NCBI GenBank assembly: GCA_045106415.1
Contig: JBGCEP010000012.1
Location: 1-64,000 of the forward strand
Length of the DNA stretch: 64,000 nucleotides
Source of the DNA: Oligoflexales bacterium
GTDB lineage: Bacteria > Bdellovibrionota_B > Oligoflexia > Oligoflexales > Bog-1112
Direction: 5' to 3'
Part shown: positions 39,056 to 48,639 of the stretch, in pieces
Layout: each line of letters begins with the position of its first letter
Numbering within the stretch: position 1 is the stretch's first letter
Notes under the pieces: generated by a model
Told to the model about the DNA's origin: nothing
What the model saw: the letters and a program-made list of their open reading frames with translations, nothing else
Databases searched by the model: none
Made by a program: the position numbers and the translations under genes

Positions 39056-39950
39056 CCTCTTCGCTAGCGGCTTGGTTTGCTTGACCAGAAAGTGATGTAT
39101 TCAAAATCACCGGAAGTTTCGAAACTCTTAGATCTTCAAAATCTCGCACCCACTTAGTGAAAGTTAATCCATCCATTTGAGGCATTTCAACATCAGAAAT
39201 CACCAAATCAGGTAATTTTCCTTTGCTCAGCATATCAAGAATCATATTCTTTGCATTCAACCCATCAACAGCTTCATGAACTTCATACCCTTTGCTCATT
39301 AAAAAAGGTTTTAATGCATTTCGGATCAATGAAGAATCATCAACAACCAATAGCCGACCTGCATACGGGGCTGAAGACACGGTTAATTGATGAGGGGTAG
39401 GGGCAGCTCCAGCCCCGCGCTGAATATGGGCTCCATACGAGTGTGCAGACCCCATACCAGTCCGGCTCTCTAAATCAAGTAGGATTCTTTCTAAATCTAA
39501 AATAAAAAGAAATTGATTATCTTCAACAAGAGTCATTCCGTTAATGCACGCTTCATTCTCAGAAGCCGGTGGCAACACTTGATCCCAAGCAATACGGCGA
39601 ATGCGTTCTGTACTATCAACAACGAAACCAGCTCTCTTTGAAGAAAATTCAGTCACAATAATACGCTTTTCTCTATCATTACTATTATAAGAACCATGGT
39701 CATCGCCTAAGACCTGGGCAAGGTTAATAGCTGGAATAGGAATTCCTCTAAGTTCAAAAACCCCAGCCACACCGGGGATTCGTGATGATAATGGGTTAAT
39801 CTCAGGTATACGTACAACTTCACGAACTTTCGCTACATTAACACCATAACGTCCTGTTATTTGAGAGCCATCTGCTCTATATCGAGTCAATGTAAATTCA
39901 ATAAGCTCAAACACACTTCGACCGACTTCAAGTTCATTAAGGTCTGGCAC
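38958..39950 (-). CDS. cheV: Chemotaxis protein CheV (CheW plus receiver)
   Basis: YGVNVAKVREV CheW domain and receiver VDDS...SDVEMPQMDG. AGGAGGT precedes GTG 39950. Confidence 0.92.
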   Translation of the reverse strand: MPDLNELEVGRSVFELIEFTLTRYRADGSQITGRYGVNVAKVREVVRIPEINPLSSRIPGVAGVFELRGIPIPAINLAQVLGDDHGSYNSNDREKRIIVTEFSSKRAGFVVDSTERIRRIAWDQVLPPASENEACINGMTLVEDNQFLFILDLERILLDLESRTGMGSAHSYGAHIQRGAGAAPTPHQLTVSSAPYAGRLLVVDDSSLIRNALKPFLMSKGYEVHEAVDGLNAKNMILDMLSKGKLPDLVISDVEMPQMDGLTFTKWVRDFEDLRVSKLPVILNTSLSGQANQAASEEVGATAYVVKNDMRTLMDLVQETLAATTIQSAS

Positions 39951-39977
39951 GTCACCTCCTTCTCGCTGACTCAAAGT

Positions 39978-40004
39978 TCATCGGCACATGCAGAATAAAG
40001 ATCA
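39978..40004 (-). promoter_or_regulatory. sigma28-like promoter of cheV
   Basis: TGATCTTT-N11-GCCGATGA. Confidence 0.6.
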
Positions 40005-40745
40005 AGTTTTTGCGTTCGTTTCATGGGCATTATCAATAGGCCTTAAGTAAGCCTCAATTGCTCTTCTTTGTGTATCCATCAATTTTTGAAACTCAATTCC
40101 AGCCCTGCCGTCTTTTGCTCGAAACCATGCTAGTTTTCCTTTAACCCTCGGAGGCAAAGCTCCACCTTCAACACAAGAGAGGTGAATTGTGACTTCATCA
40201 CCTTTTTTAAAGGCACCAGCCTCATCAAATTCAACCCCAAGACCATTAACCCCAATATCTACAATTTGTCCTTGGAGCTTAGGCGCTCTTTTACCACGAC
40301 CAGCTCCTTGCCCTACGACAACAGCCGTAGCATCGACAGAGTAACGTTTAAGTGTTCGTTTTTTCTGAAGAACAAATCTAGTAACAACTTCTTTTAACTT
40401 TTCTGATCGAATAGGCTTTGGGACCCAAGCGCAAGAATCACTGTAGTAGAAAAGCTCTTCTTGGATATACTTTTTCACAACAGGGTGTGCAAAAGCAGTC
40501 ATAATAATGGGCTTGCCAGTAATTTTCTTCAGACTTTGGGTCAAAACAACAGCATCTGTATCAGGCAAATCAAAATCAACGACAATCATTTCAAAGCCTT
40601 CTGGATCAGCTTTAACGAGATCAAGGCATTCATTCCCTGTGGATGCAAGAGTAATCTCAACACCACTCAGAGTGTCTTTGAAAACCTCAGATGTCATCAC
40701 AACACTAGACTTATAACGATCAGCAATCAAAATTCTCGCCAACAC
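40002..40745 (-). CDS. Receiver domain plus PilZ domain protein
   Basis: Receiver with VVDFDLPD and VPKP; PilZ with RTLKR, DIGVNG and W...AGIEF. Confidence 0.82.
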   Translation of the reverse strand: MLARILIADRYKSSVVMTSEVFKDTLSGVEITLASTGNECLDLVKADPEGFEMIVVDFDLPDTDAVVLTQSLKKITGKPIIMTAFAHPVVKKYIQEELFYYSDSCAWVPKPIRSEKLKEVVTRFVLQKKRTLKRYSVDATAVVVGQGAGRGKRAPKLQGQIVDIGVNGLGVEFDEAGAFKKGDEVTIHLSCVEGGALPPRVKGKLAWFRAKDGRAGIEFQKLMDTQRRAIEAYLRPIDNAHETNAKT

Positions 40746-40844
40746 ACCCTCCTCAGAATCATCGCTTTTGTCGATTATATGACACTCTCAAACTCAAGAA
40801 GGCTGCCGAATCTACCGACCCGTATGTTATTGGAGGGATGACTC

Positions 40845-41903
40845 TTGCAACATGTCACAATAGCCTTAACCTTATACATGCTAGCCTGCGTACTTCAAGG
40901 CGCTGTCGATTCCCCATATACTCCAGGACACCACCAATGGGCCATGGATCCAAGCATATTCAAAATTCCAAAAAACCTGCCCATTGAAGACAAGATCATT
41001 GAAATTAAACCTTCAGAGCAACAGATCCGTAAAAGAATATTAAGCTCACAAACAAGAGAAGAGATCGGACACATTACAATCTATATCTCTCGAAAAAATA
41101 TCGATGAAAAAGCCATAAAATACTCACAACCTCCTTTTAGGAAACATTTTAAAAAATGGGCTCTTTCTCAATTGGAAAAAAGTTCAGCCAAACTCATAAC
41201 CTTAACACCTGAGACACTAGAGTGGATTAATCTTAAAAAAGTATCTGAAAAATTTGCACAAGTTCATCACGATCTCAAACTCCACCCTCTTCCTAAAAGA
41301 AAAGCACGCCAGCTCAGTCGACGAATGCGGCCTTTTTTTATTAAAAAACAATATCAAAGTCTGAAAAAGAAACTTTTATCCAAAAAATCTCTTCGAGTCG
41401 ATCAACACCTTCTTCCTTCTTTTGCAAAACGTGCTGTTCGTCATTTTACAATTTTTCGTGGCCCTAATTGTTTTCATGCAAGCCTGGCATTCCAAAACGA
41501 GCAATGGACCAAGCTTGCTGGCGTCAATATTAGAAGGGAAAAAAATCATCATAAGTCCATGATCAATCACGACGAACTTGATCGCGCTCTTAAACAATAT
41601 TTTTATCCAGTTCAACCACCATTCAAATATGGAGACCTTATGGTCTTTGCCGACCTTCCCGAAAAACCCCATACAGATCTCCATTATCGCTGGATCAAGC
41701 ATGCTGCTACATGGCTTTTCGATGGCTACGTTTTCTCCAAAGGGTCAAAATCACCGAACAGCCCTTGGACAGTTAAAACCTTTCACGAAGAATGGGATCG
41801 CTGGTCAAAAAACACCAAAAGACTGGGTATAAAAGTCTTTCGCCGATCTCAGGAACATGTTAAGAAACAGCTCCCGATCGACCCTGTCGATTGGCTCTAC
41901 TAA
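40845..41903 (+). CDS. Exported hypothetical protein, possible papain-fold/NlpC-P60-like Cys-His enzyme
   Basis: Signal peptide; GPNCFHAS...YGDLMVF...HAATWL...FSK. Confidence 0.6.
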   Translation: MQHVTIALTLYMLACVLQGAVDSPYTPGHHQWAMDPSIFKIPKNLPIEDKIIEIKPSEQQIRKRILSSQTREEIGHITIYISRKNIDEKAIKYSQPPFRKHFKKWALSQLEKSSAKLITLTPETLEWINLKKVSEKFAQVHHDLKLHPLPKRKARQLSRRMRPFFIKKQYQSLKKKLLSKKSLRVDQHLLPSFAKRAVRHFTIFRGPNCFHASLAFQNEQWTKLAGVNIRREKNHHKSMINHDELDRALKQYFYPVQPPFKYGDLMVFADLPEKPHTDLHYRWIKHAATWLFDGYVFSKGSKSPNSPWTVKTFHEEWDRWSKNTKRLGIKVFRRSQEHVKKQLPIDPVDWLY

Positions 41904-41930
41904 CCAAATTCATTTCAAACGGGTGTTCTA

Positions 41931-43124
41931 GTGCGTCGACGAGTCATGAAAGATCAATCGTCTCATAGTGTGCGTTCACGCGCTCCAAGTCCAAGAGTTG
42001 CGTGCTCACTCAAAAAACAATGTGGCTTATGCCCAGATGTTAATGAGCCTTACTCACAGACCTTGCCTATAAAAGTCGAGCAAGAACTCAAGCAGTTCAA
42101 GCAACACCCTCTTTTTGAGAACACGAAGTTTCTTCCTGCTGTTGCAAGCCCTCGTGAACTTGGATACCGCTGTGTCGCAAAACTAGCTGTACAACCTGAT
42201 CACAGTGGGGAGTTCAAGATTGGCCTCTATACCCCCGGTACTCACGATGTCATTAGCATTGAACAGTGCCCTCTTCATGTAGAAGCGATCCGCAACCTTC
42301 TCCCAGAACTGACTGAGCGACTCAATCACAGCTCTCTAACACCTTGGAATGGTGAAACCGGCGATATCCGCTACCTTGTGATCCGCGCCTCTCACCTTAC
42401 AAAAGAGTTGATGGTCACCTTTATCACTCAAAAAGACTGTAAACGAGACCTCGTCCGAATCGTCCGAGGTCTTCAACGGAGTCATATCGCTTCTGTTTAT
42501 CAAAGCGTCCATAAACCTGAGGGCAATGGAATTTTTGGAGAAACACCTCGTCACCTTGCAGGTGCCCCCGGACTAAGGGAATCTGTATGTGACTTGGCCT
42601 TCCAGCTTGGGCCGCAGACTTTTTTCCAAGTCAACCCTTGGGTTGCTTCTCAAATCTATCGCCGCATAGAGCATATTGCTGGTAACGGCAATCAACTCCG
42701 AGCATGGGATTTATATAGTGGATGTGGACCAATATCAATGGTCCTCGCTCGCGCTGGTTATCAAGTGACTGGAGTTGAAGAAAATATTGAAGCTGTTGAA
42801 TCAGCCGAGAAAAACCTTCTCCGCAACCAACTCAAAGCTCGATTTATTCCGAGTCGCGTTGAAAACACAATTCTTGCAGATAGTCCAAGCCTCATTGTAA
42901 CAAATCCGTCACGTCGCGGAATGGCTTCTGGCGCTCGCCAATGGCTCAAAGAAGCCATTAAGACACACCGTTGCCCTATCGTTTACATGTCTTGCAACGC
43001 AGACACTCTTATTCGTGATTTGGAAGACATTTGCGAAACAGGTTACCAGGTTCGTCAGATTGAAGCTTTTGACATGTTTCCACAAACCGGGCATTTTGAA
43101 TGGCTAACAGTTCTCTCCATTTAG
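41931..43124 (+). CDS. 23S rRNA m5U methyltransferase (RlmC/RlmD family, no TRAM domain)
   Basis: Cx5CGxC Fe-S motif, FFQVN, DLYSGCG, YMSCN and DMFPQTGHFE. Confidence 0.9.
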   Translation: MRRRVMKDQSSHSVRSRAPSPRVACSLKKQCGLCPDVNEPYSQTLPIKVEQELKQFKQHPLFENTKFLPAVASPRELGYRCVAKLAVQPDHSGEFKIGLYTPGTHDVISIEQCPLHVEAIRNLLPELTERLNHSSLTPWNGETGDIRYLVIRASHLTKELMVTFITQKDCKRDLVRIVRGLQRSHIASVYQSVHKPEGNGIFGETPRHLAGAPGLRESVCDLAFQLGPQTFFQVNPWVASQIYRRIEHIAGNGNQLRAWDLYSGCGPISMVLARAGYQVTGVEENIEAVESAEKNLLRNQLKARFIPSRVENTILADSPSLIVTNPSRRGMASGARQWLKEAIKTHRCPIVYMSCNADTLIRDLEDICETGYQVRQIEAFDMFPQTGHFEWLTVLSI

Positions 43125-43133
43125 GATGAACCT

Positions 43134-44297
43134 ATGCCTGTAAATGACCTTACGGCTTCTTTGAAGCCGTACCCCATGGAACAGCTTAATCAAATACGCC
43201 AAAAGCTTGCTTCTGAACAAAGAGAGGTTTTTGATTTTGGAACCGGGGATCCAAAAATTCCGGTATGGCCTCCTATTCAGGAGGCTTTAATCCAAAGCCT
43301 TTCGCCTATCAGTCAATACCCTTCCATTCGCGCAACTACAGACCTTCAAATGTCACAGGACAACTATGTCAAACGCACGATCAAGCCACTTGATGATCAC
43401 TGGATCACTCTTCCAACTCGTGGAAGTAAGGAAGCTATCTTTCATTTGGCCCTAAGTGTCATAGGAAGAAATGGTAAAAACACCCTTGCGTTCCCTGATC
43501 CGGGCTATCCTGTCTACCGAAGTTCTTGTCTCTTTGCAGGTGGAATCCCAGTCGCTGTGCCTATGCACCCTAAGAAAGCATTTGCACCTTGGGACGTTCC
43601 AGATCTTCAGCAGGGGGCTGCTGCTCTTTGGGTCAACTCACCTCACAACCCAACAGGGTCTGTTCTTTCCAAAAATAATTGGATTGATATCATTCAGTGG
43701 TGCAAAGATACAAAAACTCTATTGTTATCAGATGATTGCTACACCGAGATTTATCAAGACACGCCTCCTATTCACCCTCTCGAGCTCACAACCCGCAACA
43801 TCATTAGTGTCGTGAGTTTATCAAAGCGAAGTGGCCTCACAGGATACCGCGCTGGTATGCTTGTCGGAGACCCCGACTTACTACAGCCTCACACCAGAGC
43901 TCGAGCAAATTTTGGACTAGGCCAACCACAATTTATACAAGCCGCATCTTGCGCTGCTTGGGACGACGATAAACATGTCGCAGAGCGTCGTCAAATTTTT
44001 CGCACTCGCATGAAAACAGCTTCAGCTCCTTTCATCAAACACGGATTTTTAGACTCTGAGCCAGAAGCAACTTTTTACTTGTGGCTCAAAATCCCACAAG
44101 GATGTGATGTCGCTTTTTGCAAGAAACTCGCTACGGACTCTGCTATTATCGCGAGCCCATCTAGCTGGTTTTCAGCTAAAACTACAGGTTGGATACGTCT
44201 AGCTCTTGTGCCTGATCAAAATGATATTCAGCGCGCGCTACCACAACTTTTACGAGCCTTTGAGGAGAATAAAATTGGATATTCATCAAGCTCTTGA
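43134..44297 (+). CDS. dapC: Succinyl-diaminopimelate aminotransferase (class I/II PLP)
   Basis: GSKEAIF, NSPHNPTG, DDCYTE and SLSKRSGLTGYRAG; directly upstream of dapD. Confidence 0.85.
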   Translation: MPVNDLTASLKPYPMEQLNQIRQKLASEQREVFDFGTGDPKIPVWPPIQEALIQSLSPISQYPSIRATTDLQMSQDNYVKRTIKPLDDHWITLPTRGSKEAIFHLALSVIGRNGKNTLAFPDPGYPVYRSSCLFAGGIPVAVPMHPKKAFAPWDVPDLQQGAAALWVNSPHNPTGSVLSKNNWIDIIQWCKDTKTLLLSDDCYTEIYQDTPPIHPLELTTRNIISVVSLSKRSGLTGYRAGMLVGDPDLLQPHTRARANFGLGQPQFIQAASCAAWDDDKHVAERRQIFRTRMKTASAPFIKHGFLDSEPEATFYLWLKIPQGCDVAFCKKLATDSAIIASPSSWFSAKTTGWIRLALVPDQNDIQRALPQLLRAFEENKIGYSSSS

Positions 44298-45066
44298 AAT
44301 CATCGAAAACGATGACAAAACAGCTCCAGCAGAAGCCATAGAAACAGTTATTCAAGGTTTAGACGACGGATCCATACGCGTTTTAAATGCAAACGGAAAA
44401 GTCGACACAAGAGTCAAAAAAGCAATTCTTGGATATTTCAGGACACAGCCAATGTCTCAATATCATGTTGGCCCTTATGTCTATCACGACAAGATTCCTT
44501 TAAAACAAAATTACGCAGAGCTTGGTGTACGGGTCGTCCCTCCGGCGACTGCACGTTACGGCTCTTTCATGGAGCGAGGCGTTGTACTCATGCCTTCTTA
44601 CGTCAATATTGGCGCATGGATCGGGCGAGAAACAATGATCGACACATGGGCTACAGTTGGCTCTTGCGCTCAAATTGGTGCTCAGGTGCACTTATCCGGT
44701 GGAGTTGGTATTGGTGGAGTCTTAGAGCCAGCCAGTGCAACACCTGTCATTATTGACGACGGAGCTTTCATCGGGTCAAGAAGCATTATTGTGGAAGGTG
44801 TTCGCGTTGGCAAAGATGCTGTCATCGCAGCGAACGTCACTCTCACAGCATCCACACCTATTATTGATACTCGCTCCGGCACACACGTTACACTTAAAGG
44901 GACTGTTCCCGATCGATGCGTTGTTGTCCCAGGAACACGAGACAAACCAACGGAGGGGGGCTCTATCCAAACCGGATGCGCTTATATTATTGGCGAAAGA
45001 TCTGCGTCAACGGATAAGAAAACATCTTTAAATAATGCTTTAAGAGAATTTGCCCTCTCCGTGTAA
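44275..45066 (+). CDS. dapD: Tetrahydrodipicolinate N-succinyltransferase
   Basis: HDKIPLK, RVVPPA, MPSYVNIGA, DTWATVGSCAQIG and GGVLEP. GAGGAG precedes TTG 44275. Confidence 0.96.
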   Translation: MDIHQALEIIENDDKTAPAEAIETVIQGLDDGSIRVLNANGKVDTRVKKAILGYFRTQPMSQYHVGPYVYHDKIPLKQNYAELGVRVVPPATARYGSFMERGVVLMPSYVNIGAWIGRETMIDTWATVGSCAQIGAQVHLSGGVGIGGVLEPASATPVIIDDGAFIGSRSIIVEGVRVGKDAVIAANVTLTASTPIIDTRSGTHVTLKGTVPDRCVVVPGTRDKPTEGGSIQTGCAYIIGERSASTDKKTSLNNALREFALSV

Positions 45067-45084
45067 AAAAATTGCAGCATGACC

Positions 45085-45411
45085 TTAAAAGTCATGCTGC
45101 AAGTCTTTACCTTTCAGAGTTTCTTGTGACTCTAAATCCAAGAATAAATCTGCATCGCCCATAATCAGTCGGCAAGCAAGACGAACCTCACTTTGTTCAA
45201 AGCCCATTCTCTTTAAAAGCTCTTTTTCGTCTGAGTCCATATCTGAGCATTCGCCTTCAACTCGAATGAGGCATGTCCCACAACGGCAAGAAGCACAACC
45301 ATACTTTAAGGGCACTTTTGCTCGCACCAGAAAACCAAGAAGACGAGTTCCTACTTCAACTTCATATTCATTACCATTTGAAAGCCGCAGATATGGCACA
45401 GTACACCTCAA
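45085..45411 (-). CDS. 2Fe-2S ferredoxin
   Basis: GCASCRCGTC...RLAC. Confidence 0.88.
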   Translation of the reverse strand: MRCTVPYLRLSNGNEYEVEVGTRLLGFLVRAKVPLKYGCASCRCGTCLIRVEGECSDMDSDEKELLKRMGFEQSEVRLACRLIMGDADLFLDLESQETLKGKDLQHDF

Positions 45412-45413
45412 AA

Positions 45414-46208
45414 CTAAGGGTTATGTGGTTTTGTTCCCGAAAGTAAAAATTCGGTCAATATCACAAATTCATCAGGACTTAATGTCTCGCAGCGCCTTTT
45501 CAAATCAATAGGGGAGTCTTTGACTTGGAGTTCTCCTTGCTGCAAAAAACTAGAAAGACTATTACTTAAAGTTTTGCGTCTTTGCATAAAAGATTTTCTT
45601 GAAACAATTTCAACATTTTTTAAAACTTCAGGAGAATACTTTGTCCCAGGTTGTACAGAAAAAACAGCGCTTTCAACTTTTGGTTGTGGCCTAAAAACCG
45701 TTGCCGGTACATGAAACTCAAATTGAGTTCTAGAACGCAGTTGCGTATAAACACTAAGGCTGCCATAAGATTTTTGATTACACGGTGCAACCACTCGTTG
45801 CGCAAATTCTAACTGCACCATCAAAATCGCAGGAAGTTGAGCTTCTAATATTTTCTGAAGAATAGGACTGGAAATATTATAAGGAATATTACCGCAAATC
45901 GCGACACGCTTTCCTTTATTTTCTTTGAGCCAATCATCCAGAGAAAACCTTAAAATATCAGCTTCCGTCACTTTACAGTGATCCCACTTCTTTTCCTTAA
46001 GAAGATCTGCAAACCGGGAGTCTTTTTCAACAGCATGCACTTGAATACCTTGATCCAGAAGGTGCCGTGTTAAAATTCCTGGCCCAGGACCAATCTCTAA
46101 AACTGAGACCACATTCCAGTCTTTCAGTTTTTCAACCATTTTACGACATGGCCAATCTTCACTTAAAAAAACCTGACCTAATGACTTTTTTTGTGCAAGT
46201 CGCTTCAT
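45414..46208 (-). CDS. rsmA: 16S rRNA dimethyladenosine transferase
   Basis: KKSLGQVFL, EIGPGPG, GNIPYNIS and YGSLSV. Confidence 0.95.
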   Translation of the reverse strand: MKRLAQKKSLGQVFLSEDWPCRKMVEKLKDWNVVSVLEIGPGPGILTRHLLDQGIQVHAVEKDSRFADLLKEKKWDHCKVTEADILRFSLDDWLKENKGKRVAICGNIPYNISSPILQKILEAQLPAILMVQLEFAQRVVAPCNQKSYGSLSVYTQLRSRTQFEFHVPATVFRPQPKVESAVFSVQPGTKYSPEVLKNVEIVSRKSFMQRRKTLSNSLSSFLQQGELQVKDSPIDLKRRCETLSPDEFVILTEFLLSGTKPHNP

Positions 46209-46218
46209 AACTCGAACC

Positions 46219-47220
46219 CTATTGCCAATAATTTTCATATGGATAACGTGCAAAAGGCTCTAAATCGGAACTTGAATCAAGTTTTGTGGATTGTTTAAGT
46301 TCTTCAGAACCAAGCGCTGCGATCATTGCTGCGTTATCAGAACAATATTCTAACTTCGGCGCAACAACGTCGACATTTAGAGGTTCCAGCATATCACGAA
46401 AACGACGATTCGCAGCGACCCCACCTGCAATTACAAATGTTTTCAAATCAGAGTGTTGTTTTAGAACATTTTCCACCATTCTCACAATCTGACCTAAAGC
46501 CTCTTCTTGAAAAGCATCACACAGATCCGGAACTTCCCACGACTCCTTTGAGTGGTGAACAAGTCTCATCATATGAGTTTTTAATCCTGAATAGCTGAAC
46601 TCAAAACGCCCACTCCCATGCATCATTTTAGGCATAGGAATTTTTTGACCATGACCTAGACGAGCCTGCTTCTCAATCACGGGACCACCCGGATATCCAA
46701 GCTTTAACAGACGAGCAACTTTATCAAACGACTCTCCACAAGCGTCATCAATCGAGACGGCCAACAATTGAAAATCAAGAGGATGGTCCATACGATATAA
46801 ATTCGTATGCCCCCCTGACACCACCAAAGCCAGGCATGGGAATTGGACTTCTTTTTCTAATCCCAAAAAAGCTCCATGAAGATGGGCATGAACATGGTTC
46901 ACCGGAATTAAAGGGACTCCACTGCTTTGATGTAAACCTTTTGCAAAAGAAACACCAACCAGCAAAGCACCAATAAGACCGGGGCCCTGAGTCACAGCGA
47001 TCCCATCAAGATCACTCACTTTATACCCTGCCATCGCTTCATCCCACAGCGACGGCAAAGCTTCCAGGTGCGCTCGCGCAGCGACCTCTGGGACCACTCC
47101 ACCAAACCTTTTGTGGATATCAATCTGAGAGGAAACCAAAGAAGAAACAACTTCTTTTCCATCTTTTACTAGCGCAACAGCTGTTTCATCACAGCTGGAT
47201 TCAATTCCTACAACCAGCAC
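46219..47220 (-). CDS. tsaD: tRNA t6A transferase TsaD
   Basis: GIESSCDET, GGVVPE, HVHAH, VSGGHT and DNAAMIA. Confidence 0.97.
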   Translation of the reverse strand: MLVVGIESSCDETAVALVKDGKEVVSSLVSSQIDIHKRFGGVVPEVAARAHLEALPSLWDEAMAGYKVSDLDGIAVTQGPGLIGALLVGVSFAKGLHQSSGVPLIPVNHVHAHLHGAFLGLEKEVQFPCLALVVSGGHTNLYRMDHPLDFQLLAVSIDDACGESFDKVARLLKLGYPGGPVIEKQARLGHGQKIPMPKMMHGSGRFEFSYSGLKTHMMRLVHHSKESWEVPDLCDAFQEEALGQIVRMVENVLKQHSDLKTFVIAGGVAANRRFRDMLEPLNVDVVAPKLEYCSDNAAMIAALGSEELKQSTKLDSSSDLEPFARYPYENYWQ

Positions 47221-47222
47221 GT

Positions 47223-48002
47223 CTAACCCTTTTTATTCACTTTTTGTAAGCGGCTTAAGCTTTTTTTTGCTAATTTTGCTTCTGACGATTTCGGATGGTT
47301 CTCTAACAATTCTTTATAATAAACTCTTGCTGCATCCGATTTCCCCATTCTACGAAAACAATCCCCCATCCGCATCCGAACATGAGGGAGGACTTTATCA
47401 GAGGGTTTCATTTCTAACAATTCATGGAACGCTAAAGCAGCCTCTGACCATCGCTTAAGACGGTATAAACTTTCTGCCTTTAAATAACGACTCCCTTTCG
47501 CATGAGAACCTGTAAAATATTTAGGTATCCCCGACAGTACTTCTTCATAGCGCTTATCATGAAAAGCTCGATTGAGAGAAGAGTAACTCTGACCAGAAGC
47601 AGACTGGTCACTTGAGACAACATCTTCTTTTTTTCCAGCTGAAACCTTCTCACCCACCTGCTGTAGACTTGCCTCTATGGATTCGACTCGACCCAAAAGG
47701 GAAGAGGGATCTATCGCTTCACCTGGAACCCCACCACGCCGCACAGCAACTTTGAGCATATCTACTTCACCATGTAATAGACGAAGAGTTTGCTCAATCT
47801 CTTGAAAACGAGTATCTCCACTCGCCACCTGCTCTCTGACGCCATCAATATCTCCGCCCTTGACTCCTTGCTGCTCTTCTAAGTGCAAAAGCCGTTTTTG
47901 AACACGAAAAAGATCAGCTTTTAAATTTTTATGCTGAACTCGAGACGCGCAAGAAATCGAATTTAATAAAACAAAAACACATGTCACCATATGAATCTTC
48001 AT
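47223..48002 (-). CDS. Coiled-coil plus TPR lipoprotein, CpoB/YbgF-like
   Basis: Lipobox-like ISC, a coiled coil and three TPRs ending HPKSSEAKLA. Confidence 0.7.
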   Translation of the reverse strand: MKIHMVTCVFVLLNSISCASRVQHKNLKADLFRVQKRLLHLEEQQGVKGGDIDGVREQVASGDTRFQEIEQTLRLLHGEVDMLKVAVRRGGVPGEAIDPSSLLGRVESIEASLQQVGEKVSAGKKEDVVSSDQSASGQSYSSLNRAFHDKRYEEVLSGIPKYFTGSHAKGSRYLKAESLYRLKRWSEAALAFHELLEMKPSDKVLPHVRMRMGDCFRRMGKSDAARVYYKELLENHPKSSEAKLAKKSLSRLQKVNKKG

Positions 48003-48092
48003 AATATCCTCATACTCAATAGATTTAGCATCACACTATGTGACCACATCTGACATCTATTATATGTGAGTTATTAATATCTGAAAGGTCGA

Positions 48093-48536
48093 TTAATTTC
48101 GGCGTTTTCTAGAGCTTGCCGTAGGATCGACACGCATAAGGCTTTCAACCTTGCTTGTTCGAGCTTTCTCGACACCACGCTCCACTAGTTGCCTGCGCAC
48201 AACAAGCCTCATCAACTCTCTTGCATCAAAATTCCAATCTAAATAATAAGATTTGTGAATATGTTCTGCAACTGCCTTTAAAGAAAGAGATTCTTTCCTA
48301 AGCAGCCTTTTATGAATTTGTTCAGAATATTCACTTCTATGCTCTTCCAAGCCTTTTTCTGTTGATTTAGAACAAAAATCTTCATCCGCAACAAAAGTTG
48401 TTACGTAAAACTTGTCTTCAATGAGGGGTTTTGGTTGGCCAGAAGGGCTTTCCTGTGTATCCTCGGTTGTGGTTGACTCTATGGTTTCTGCCGCTTCCTC
48501 ATCGGTCTCTGCGGGTTCTGTCGCATTTTCGCTCAC
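48093..48536 (-). CDS. Hypothetical protein with acidic N-terminus
   Basis: 147-aa ORF with SD-like AGG; sigma28-like TCCGATAG upstream. Confidence 0.65.
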   Translation of the reverse strand: MSENATEPAETDEEAAETIESTTTEDTQESPSGQPKPLIEDKFYVTTFVADEDFCSKSTEKGLEEHRSEYSEQIHKRLLRKESLSLKAVAEHIHKSYYLDWNFDARELMRLVVRRQLVERGVEKARTSKVESLMRVDPTASSRKRRN

Positions 48537-48639
48537 AGTCCTGACCTTTCTACTGATGATTGGACTTCAACCTCCTATCGGAAGTCTTGCTACCAAAGAT
48601 GAGCCAGCTATGCAAAGACCAAGCAAAATATAAATATGT

